From contig CAZHFP010000004.1 of NCBI GenBank assembly GCA_964531065.1, positions 1-38,713 on the forward strand: a stretch of DNA of 38,713 nt. The letters run 5' to 3'. The notes under the pieces were generated by a model. The model did not search any database. It was given only the letters and a program-made list of their open reading frames with translations, and was not told the origin of the DNA. The stretch comes from an uncultured bacterium. GTDB taxonomy: Bacteria; Oederibacteriota; Muellerivitia; Muellerivitales; Muellerivitaceae. How positions within the stretch are numbered: position 1 is the first letter of the stretch; every line of letters begins with the position of its first letter. The translations under genes were made by a program, and so were the position numbers. This document shows positions 33,832 through 38,713 of this stretch, piece by piece.

Positions 33832-34835
33832 TACTTAGCGGCCTGCTTGGCGCGGTATTCATCACGGAACTTAATGGCCTGGCTCATCATGTCCGCCGGA
33901 ATCACGGTTCCGGAAATCTGGGGATAGGTGCTTTGGAAAAGTTTTTCCCACTGCGCCCTCTGGTCCTCGGTGATGTCATGCACGGTGAGGCCCTTGGTTT
34001 TCATCACGTCGATGGCCTTTTGCTCCCCGGCCCGGATCTCGGTCTTGAAGCGGACCCCCGCGTCCGCCGCGGCCTTGAGAAGGGCCGGTTTCATATCCTC
34101 CGGAATTTTATTCCAGGCCTTGGTGGTGATGATCGTGGCCCCGACCAAGGGCGCCCAGCGCAAGTTGGTCATGTGGGGCGCCAGGGCGAACCATTGAAAA
34201 GAGAGGGCGGAGATGGGCGTGGTGTCGAAAGAATTAATGAGGCCGGTCTGCAGATTCGGCAGGATGTCGGTGGCGGCCAGCGGCACGGGGGAATAGCCGG
34301 CGGATTTCCAAATGTTCATAGTGTCAGCGTCATCGCCCCAAACGAAAAATTTAACTTTTTTCAGGTCGTCGGGAGTCAGGATGGGCTGTTTGCCGAAAAA
34401 CATGACCCAGCCCGCCTCGCCCCAATTCAAAACCTTAAATCCCTTGGCGGCCATGCGCGCCTCTAAAACAGGCTGCATTTTTGCCCGGACGTAATCACTC
34501 TCGGCGTAATCCTTATAAAGCATGGGAATAGAAAGGGCTTGGACTCCTTTGTCGATTTTGGCCAGCCCCACTACGGTGAAGACGCCCACTTGAATTTGCC
34601 CTAAGCGCATTTTGGTGACCATGTCAGGCTCGTCACCCAAGACGCCGCCCGAATACATTTGCAGTTTCGCGCCGGCGGTCTTCCAGGCCTCGCCCATGTC
34701 CCGGATGATCAGGTCAAAAGGGGATCCTTCGGGGGCCAGGGTTCCCAGCTTCAAGATCAAGCCCTTGTCCTGCGCGAAAGAAGGCGAGGACAGAATCAAA
34801 GCCATCCATAGGACCAGCCAGGATTTTTTATTCAT
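33831..34835 (-). CDS. TRAP transporter substrate-binding protein (DctP family; TatP-type in context)
   Basis: It has a signal peptide (LVLWMALILSSPSFAQ), the N-terminal strand LKLGTLAPEGSPF, and the DctP-like length of 334 aa. Confidence 0.85.
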   Translation of the reverse strand: MNKKSWLVLWMALILSSPSFAQDKGLILKLGTLAPEGSPFDLIIRDMGEAWKTAGAKLQMYSGGVLGDEPDMVTKMRLGQIQVGVFTVVGLAKIDKGVQALSIPMLYKDYAESDYVRAKMQPVLEARMAAKGFKVLNWGEAGWVMFFGKQPILTPDDLKKVKFFVWGDDADTMNIWKSAGYSPVPLAATDILPNLQTGLINSFDTTPISALSFQWFALAPHMTNLRWAPLVGATIITTKAWNKIPEDMKPALLKAAADAGVRFKTEIRAGEQKAIDVMKTKGLTVHDITEDQRAQWEKLFQSTYPQISGTVIPADMMSQAIKFRDEYRAKQAAK

Positions 34836-34865
34836 TAGAAATTCCTCCGAATTGTTTTGTCGTTT

Positions 34866-34914
34866 GTAGGAGTGTGATTTATCACGCCCAAGGGCGCCAC
34901 GAATGCCGCCCCAC
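34866..34914. repeat. REPIN-like doublet, second copy (GTAG / GTGG heads)
   Basis: The sequence is GTAGGAGTGTGATTTATCACGCCCAAGGGCGCCACGAATGCCGCCCCAC. It aligns with 22380-22427 at roughly 80 percent identity. The right unit read on the minus strand starts GTGGGGCGGC. It sits in the tatT-dctP spacer. Confidence 0.65.
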
Positions 34915-34923
34915 CATCAAAAA

Positions 34924-35853
34924 TTATTTCACAAATATCGCGTCTTCTCTCGTCAAGAGCCACTTGGCCCTTTTTTGCGTTAACAGGTTCACCAGCCGGG
35001 AAGAAGGATCCTTGTCCGGGTCAATCGCCAGGGCTTTGTTGAGGAGATCCTCAAACTCGGTCTGGTTTTGCTCTTTCTCGCAAACGGCCTCGGCGTAATT
35101 CACGTAAGTGGAGGCGCTCTGCCCCTGGTTCACTTTCAAGGCGGCGTCAAACAATTCTTTTGCCTTTTTGGAGGAGCCTCCCATTAAAGCGGGTTTCCCG
35201 CCCTCATAGGTAATGAGAAAATCATAAATGGTTCCCTTATCGTAGTTGGGGTCCAACTCAAAGGCTTTGTAGATCAAGGCTTCGGCTTGGGGAACATCGG
35301 ACACCAGCTCCGGATCATCCTTGCCCACGGAAATGGCGGCCATCCAGGAAACGCCGGTCCAATACATCAACTCCACGTCTTGCTTTTCCGCCTTCGCCAC
35401 CGCGGCCTTGGGGTCTTTGCGGATGGCTTGGGAAAATCCGCTGAATCTGGTTTCCAATCCCCTCAGTCCATAGTCCCTGGCGCGGATATAAAGTTTTTTC
35501 GCGCGGATCTTCTGCTCCCGGGATTTTTTATAGTCCTCATCGGCGATCGCTTCGGCGTTGGTTTGAACATAGGCGTAGGCGTACTCCGTAAAGCTTTTAG
35601 TCAAGGCGGTCAGGAGGCCCCGGTGGCGCGGCGTGGCCGACAAAACGCTTTCCATCAATTTCAAGCTGAAGGGAACGGCATCGCCGACTAACTGGGGGTC
35701 GTTATCGGAGGAGAAAGTGTCGCCGGTCCCGGCCAGGCTGTCCGCGATGGAATCTACCGCCATGGATTTCAGGAAACATCCGTTGGTCAAGGGCGCGAGG
35801 ATCAATAAAAATAATAAATATCGGCTATTGGATTTCATCGAAACCTTCTTCAT
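34924..35853 (-). CDS. tatT: TatT-family TPR lipoprotein (TPR-protein-associated TRAP transporter component)
   Basis: It has a lipobox (LTNGC). SIADSLAGTGDTFSSDNDPQLVGDAVPFSLKLMESVL matches my recollection of the TatT N-terminal region. The body is helical and TPR-like. The gene order tatT-dctP-dctQM matches the Treponema pallidum tp0956-0958 locus. Confidence 0.65.
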   Translation of the reverse strand: MKKVSMKSNSRYLLFLLILAPLTNGCFLKSMAVDSIADSLAGTGDTFSSDNDPQLVGDAVPFSLKLMESVLSATPRHRGLLTALTKSFTEYAYAYVQTNAEAIADEDYKKSREQKIRAKKLYIRARDYGLRGLETRFSGFSQAIRKDPKAAVAKAEKQDVELMYWTGVSWMAAISVGKDDPELVSDVPQAEALIYKAFELDPNYDKGTIYDFLITYEGGKPALMGGSSKKAKELFDAALKVNQGQSASTYVNYAEAVCEKEQNQTEFEDLLNKALAIDPDKDPSSRLVNLLTQKRAKWLLTREDAIFVK

Positions 35854-36033
35854 TCACAAAATTGGTTTTCCCGTCACCTGGTTAGACGATCGAAAGGGGT
35901 TCACCGTTTTACACTCGCGGCAAAAGGGTGTCAATAAGCCGTAAAACCCACGGAAATATTTGAAATTATAAGGACATTTTCGGGGAACAGGGAATAAGAA
36001 ATAAGGCCTTGGACCCGCGGCTATCAAAAAGGT

Positions 36034-36071
36034 AAAAAAAAACCCAACCGGAATAGGCTTCCGGTTGGGTT
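36034..36071 (-). terminator. Rho-independent terminator of the LysM gene
   Basis: It has a 13-bp perfect stem, AACCCAACCGGAA-TAGGC-TTCCGGTTGGGTT (36041-36071). The A-run at 36034-36042 gives a U-tract on the minus-strand transcript. Confidence 0.85.
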
Positions 36072-36086
36072 CGTGAAAAAGTCTTT

Positions 36087-36500
36087 TTATTCGTCGTAAT
36101 TGACCGGCAAAGTCTCCCGGGGTTTGGTGTGGGGGCTGTAAGCCGGGGTTTCGAGTGCTTGTTTTTTGGCTTTCGCCATTTCAGCTTTTGAAAAGCCCTT
36201 TTGAATGGTGAGTTCCTGCTTAGGATAGATCAAGTCGGGGTCTTGAATCGTGCCCTTGTTGGACTTGAAAATCAAAGGCCATTCGAAGGGATCGCCGTAA
36301 TTGGAGTCTTTCGAGGAGAGGCCCCAAAGGGTATCGCCTTTTTGAACCGTATAGTTTCCATGGGTCTTTTTCACCGGCGTCATGTCAACTGACTCGGTTT
36401 TGGAAGTCGTGGTTCCTTCCACGCGGTTTTTGCCGGTGGCGCAGCCAATGGTCAACATTAATACCGCGGCTAAGGCTGTTCGAAGCGTGTTGAAATTCAT
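36087..36500 (-). CDS. LysM-domain lipoprotein
   Basis: It has a lipobox (LTIGCA) and a LysM motif (YTVQKGDTLWGLSSK...PDLIYPKQELTI). Confidence 0.8.
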   Translation of the reverse strand: MNFNTLRTALAAVLMLTIGCATGKNRVEGTTTSKTESVDMTPVKKTHGNYTVQKGDTLWGLSSKDSNYGDPFEWPLIFKSNKGTIQDPDLIYPKQELTIQKGFSKAEMAKAKKQALETPAYSPHTKPRETLPVNYDE

Positions 36501-36651
36501 TCCTAAACTCCTTCAATAATCCGATTTCACTCAGAGACCCCTTTATCTATAGTTAAGGGGTTATTTTCTGGGGCAGTGAAGCAGAGTCAGTTTAGATAGT
36601 TGTAGTCGAAAATGCAAGAAAAGAGGCGGGATGACGGACAAAATCGACAAA

Positions 36652-36686
36652 TAAAAAGCGGAAACGTTAAAAACAACGTTTCCGCT
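36652..36686 (-). terminator. Rho-independent terminator of the 36706-36894 gene
   Basis: The stem is AGCGGAAACGTT (36657-36668) paired with AACGTTTCCGCT (36675-36686), with loop AAAAAC. The A-run at 36653-36657 gives a U-tract on the minus strand. Confidence 0.75.
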
Positions 36687-36705
36687 TCGTTTTCAAAGCC
36701 AATGG

Positions 36706-36894
36706 TTATTTGGCGGGCGCGGAAGAAGGCTTAGTAGGTAAAGACCTCTTACCTTTTTTATGATGTTTTCCTTTATGCGACGCCTTAACCGTCTTAACCG
36801 CCGGCGAAGTCGTCGGCGCGGTGTCCGCCAAAACCAAATTCGAAGTCGCGGTCACAAAGAACAACGCCAAGACAGCCACTAATAACTTTTTCAT
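36706..36894 (-). CDS. Small secreted, lysine/histidine-rich basic protein (62 aa)
   Basis: AGGAGG lies 6 nt upstream of the ATG at 36894. It has a signal peptide (MKKLLVAVLALFFVTATSNLVLA) followed by ...HKGKHHKKGKRS.... The ORF-track start at 36951 adds an implausible leader. Confidence 0.55.
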   Translation of the reverse strand: MKKLLVAVLALFFVTATSNLVLADTAPTTSPAVKTVKASHKGKHHKKGKRSLPTKPSSAPAK

Positions 36895-37043
36895 GTCGAT
36901 CCTCCTGAAAATGAAAAACCGTATTCTTAAACTACACCTTTTAGACGGCAAACCCCATCAAAAAGTTGCGTGGGTTTTCCCGATCCACCAGGGCTGGGAA
37001 ACCAGTGTTTTTTGATTAATTATTTCAAAGGGACTTGATTATT

Positions 37044-37055
37044 AACCGACCGGTT
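37044..37055. promoter_or_regulatory. Candidate TetR operator half-site palindrome, AACCG-AC-CGGTT
   Basis: A short perfect inverted repeat lies 17 nt upstream of the TetR start codon. TetR regulators are commonly autoregulated through palindromes that overlap their own promoter. Confidence 0.2.
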
Positions 37056-37072
37056 GGTAGGTTTATTGACCT

Positions 37073-37678
37073 ATGGCTAAGACCTTGAACCCTCAAAAAC
37101 ACGCCGATCATAAATTGAAACTCCTCGCCCAGGCCCGCCGCCTCTTCGCCGCTCAGGGCGTCAAGGAAACCAGCATGTCCCAGGTAGCCCGCGCCTGCCG
37201 GGTGACCAAGGCCACTCTTTATCATTATTTCAAAAGCAAAGATTCCATCGTGAAAGAGATACTTTCCTGCCGCACTGAGGAAATCGCCGACTTCCACAAT
37301 CGCATGGAAGCGGCCAAAACCTTGGAAGATTGTCTTTACGTTTTCGCCAAAATCCATTTGGAATCCATGGAAAGCCCGGAGAATTTAGACCTGCTGAAGA
37401 TCCTGCTGGCGGAAACCCAAAAGAGCCGGGACATGAAACGCTATTACATGGATTTTTGCGGAGAGAATATCACCCAATGCGCCAAGGAAATCATCCGTCG
37501 TTTTGCGCCGAAGCTGCCCGAAAAAGAAGCCCGCCTGGCTTTTTACCAATTTTTGGCGCCGCTTCTGCATTACACCTGGAATGTCAAGATGGTGGGCCCC
37601 ATGGAAATCCTGATCGGCGACGACGAAACCTTTATACGGCGGCTGGCCAAGATTCACGCGAAAGCGCTGGAACTTTAA
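37073..37678 (+). CDS. TetR/AcrR family transcriptional regulator
   Basis: The N-terminal helix-turn-helix is LFAAQGVKETSMSQVARACRVTKATLYHYFKSKDSIV. Confidence 0.88.
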   Translation: MAKTLNPQKHADHKLKLLAQARRLFAAQGVKETSMSQVARACRVTKATLYHYFKSKDSIVKEILSCRTEEIADFHNRMEAAKTLEDCLYVFAKIHLESMESPENLDLLKILLAETQKSRDMKRYYMDFCGENITQCAKEIIRRFAPKLPEKEARLAFYQFLAPLLHYTWNVKMVGPMEILIGDDETFIRRLAKIHAKALEL

Positions 37679-38248
37679 ATGAATTTTCCCGGTTCCATAG
37701 ACAAAAACAAACCCTGGGGGGTCTTTCCCGTGAGCGAGGTTCTGACTTTCACCGTGAAAGATTTTCGAGAGGAACATGGTTTTCAGCGGCTGGTGGCCGA
37801 AAAAAGGGCCGCCTGGATCCGGATGGCGACCAGCATCCTCAAGAATGATTTTGAGGCGGAGGATTTAGTTCAAGATACCTTGGCGATTCTTTGGGAGCGC
37901 CGCTATTCCTTGAAGATCGAAAACCCGGAAAGCTACGCCGCCCGGGCGGTTTGGCTAAACGCGCTCAAGCGGCGGGCAAGAACTAAAAATCATATTTCAC
38001 TGGAAGAGGCCAAGGAAATCGCCGCGGCGGAAGCGGATCAGCCCGAGTGGGGAGAAATCAGCCCCCTGGTTTTGGAAAAGGCGGTGGAAAACCTTTCCGA
38101 GGCCCAGCGGACCATTATTCGGATGAAGTATTACACGGGCCTGTCCTTCAAAGAAATCGGAGCGGCCTTGAAGATTTCCTTGAACACCGCTGGAAGCCGC
38201 TGCCGTTATGCGTTGAAAGCCTTGCGGGAAAATTTAAGCGGCCGTTGA
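37679..38248 (+). CDS. ECF-type RNA polymerase sigma-70 family factor
   Basis: Region 2 is EAEDLVQDTLAILWERR...YAARAVWLNALKRR. Region 4 is LSEAQRTIIRMKYYTGLSFKEIGAALKISLNTAGSRCRYALKALR. The ATG directly abuts the TetR stop codon. Confidence 0.85.
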   Translation: MNFPGSIDKNKPWGVFPVSEVLTFTVKDFREEHGFQRLVAEKRAAWIRMATSILKNDFEAEDLVQDTLAILWERRYSLKIENPESYAARAVWLNALKRRARTKNHISLEEAKEIAAAEADQPEWGEISPLVLEKAVENLSEAQRTIIRMKYYTGLSFKEIGAALKISLNTAGSRCRYALKALRENLSGR

Positions 38249-38284
38249 TTTTAGAATAGGTCTTGAGATGAAGGAGTGGTTCAC

Positions 38285-38683
38285 ATGAGCGACGAAAGAA
38301 AAGAAAACGAACAACCGGTTCAGCAGGTCCAGTTCGCCAACAGCAGTTGTATCGCGGTGACGGGGATCATCGGCGGCGTGGTTCTCGCGCTGGGGTTTCC
38401 TTGGATGATCCTGGCCTACGGGCAGGCCTTGGGTCCCAAGCTCACCGTGACTTTCGTGATCGCGGGATTGGTCGTAGGCGGGTTGGTGACGTTGACCTCC
38501 GCATTCTTTGGGTTGGTCATGCCCCGCTCGGTAGGGGGATGGCATGGGCACTGCCGGGACTGGTCCTCCCTCATCGATGAGGCCGACTGGACCGAACCGG
38601 ACTGGGCCAATTGGAGCCCGCGGGATTGGAAGGCCTGGGGCGAGAAGTTGAAAACGAAATGGAAGCAAAAAGCCGGGCTTTGA
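38285..38683 (+). CDS. Membrane protein with two TM helices and a Trp/Asp-rich C-terminal tail; possible cognate anti-sigma factor
   Basis: AAGGAG lies 8 nt before the ATG at 38285. The TM segments are IAVTGIIGGVVLALGFPWMILAY and VTFVIAGLVVGGLVTLTSAFFGLV. The tail is DWSSLIDEADWTEPDWANWSPRDWKAWGEKL. There is no HxxxCxxC zinc anti-sigma motif. The anti-sigma suggestion rests only on its position after the ECF sigma gene. Confidence 0.5.
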   Translation: MSDERKENEQPVQQVQFANSSCIAVTGIIGGVVLALGFPWMILAYGQALGPKLTVTFVIAGLVVGGLVTLTSAFFGLVMPRSVGGWHGHCRDWSSLIDEADWTEPDWANWSPRDWKAWGEKLKTKWKQKAGL

Positions 38684-38713
38684 AGACCTGCCGAAAATAA
38701 ATATTGAAAGAGA

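Noticed and set aside
1-38713. CRISPR arrays, rRNA, intact IS elements or integrases, toxin-antitoxin pairs, and known defence-system genes
   Set aside because: I scanned both strands and found no regularly spaced direct repeats, no rRNA-like segments, and no nuclease, helicase or methylase gene sets. The only mobile-element trace is the decayed RAYT-like ORF and its REP-like repeats.

Overview
This is a densely coding chromosomal window from an unidentified bacterium, probably a diderm from an uncultivated lineage. I see no rRNA, CRISPR array, intact transposase, prophage or recognisable defence genes.

Gene content from left to right:
- A 3'-truncated hopanoid squalene synthase (hpnC), which is absent from the ORF track because it runs off the window edge.
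- An envelope-acylation locus. It holds a DltD-like SGNH protein, an unannotated 40-aa DltX-like miniprotein, an MBOAT acyltransferase, and two divergent paralogous secreted proteins (NHL repeats plus an SGNH-like domain) flanking a small secreted protein.
- tRNA-Val(CAC), then SRAP/YedK, queD and glutamine-dependent nadE.
- A dispersed lipoylation/glycine-cleavage supercluster: lipM-like, lpd, then gcvT, gcvH, a fused gcvPA-PB, and lipA. It is interrupted by small secreted and Zn-ribbon proteins, a GT-C/TPR membrane glycosyltransferase, prfC and grpB.
- A NitT/TauT-type ABC importer.
- A decayed RAYT-like gene followed by REP-like hairpins.
- A minus-strand tatT-dctP-dctQM cluster (a TPR-protein-associated TRAP transporter) running directly into pncB-pncA.
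- A LysM lipoprotein, and a TetR / ECF sigma / membrane protein triad.

Observations most worth following up:
1. The MBOAT locus has a DltX-like miniprotein and three SGNH-like partners but no DltA/DltC.
2. An orphan, synonymously diverged second copy of the last 13 codons of lpd lies just downstream of lpd, separated from it by a GC-rich multi-hairpin insert.
3. A GTAG/GTGG-headed REP/REPIN family occurs together with a decayed RAYT gene.
4. The TRAP transporter is apparently operonic with the NAD salvage genes pncB and pncA.
5. A second AGCTG-core palindromic repeat family supplies or abuts the stop codons of nadE, pncB and dctQM.

All functional calls come from motif recognition by eye. No database search was run.
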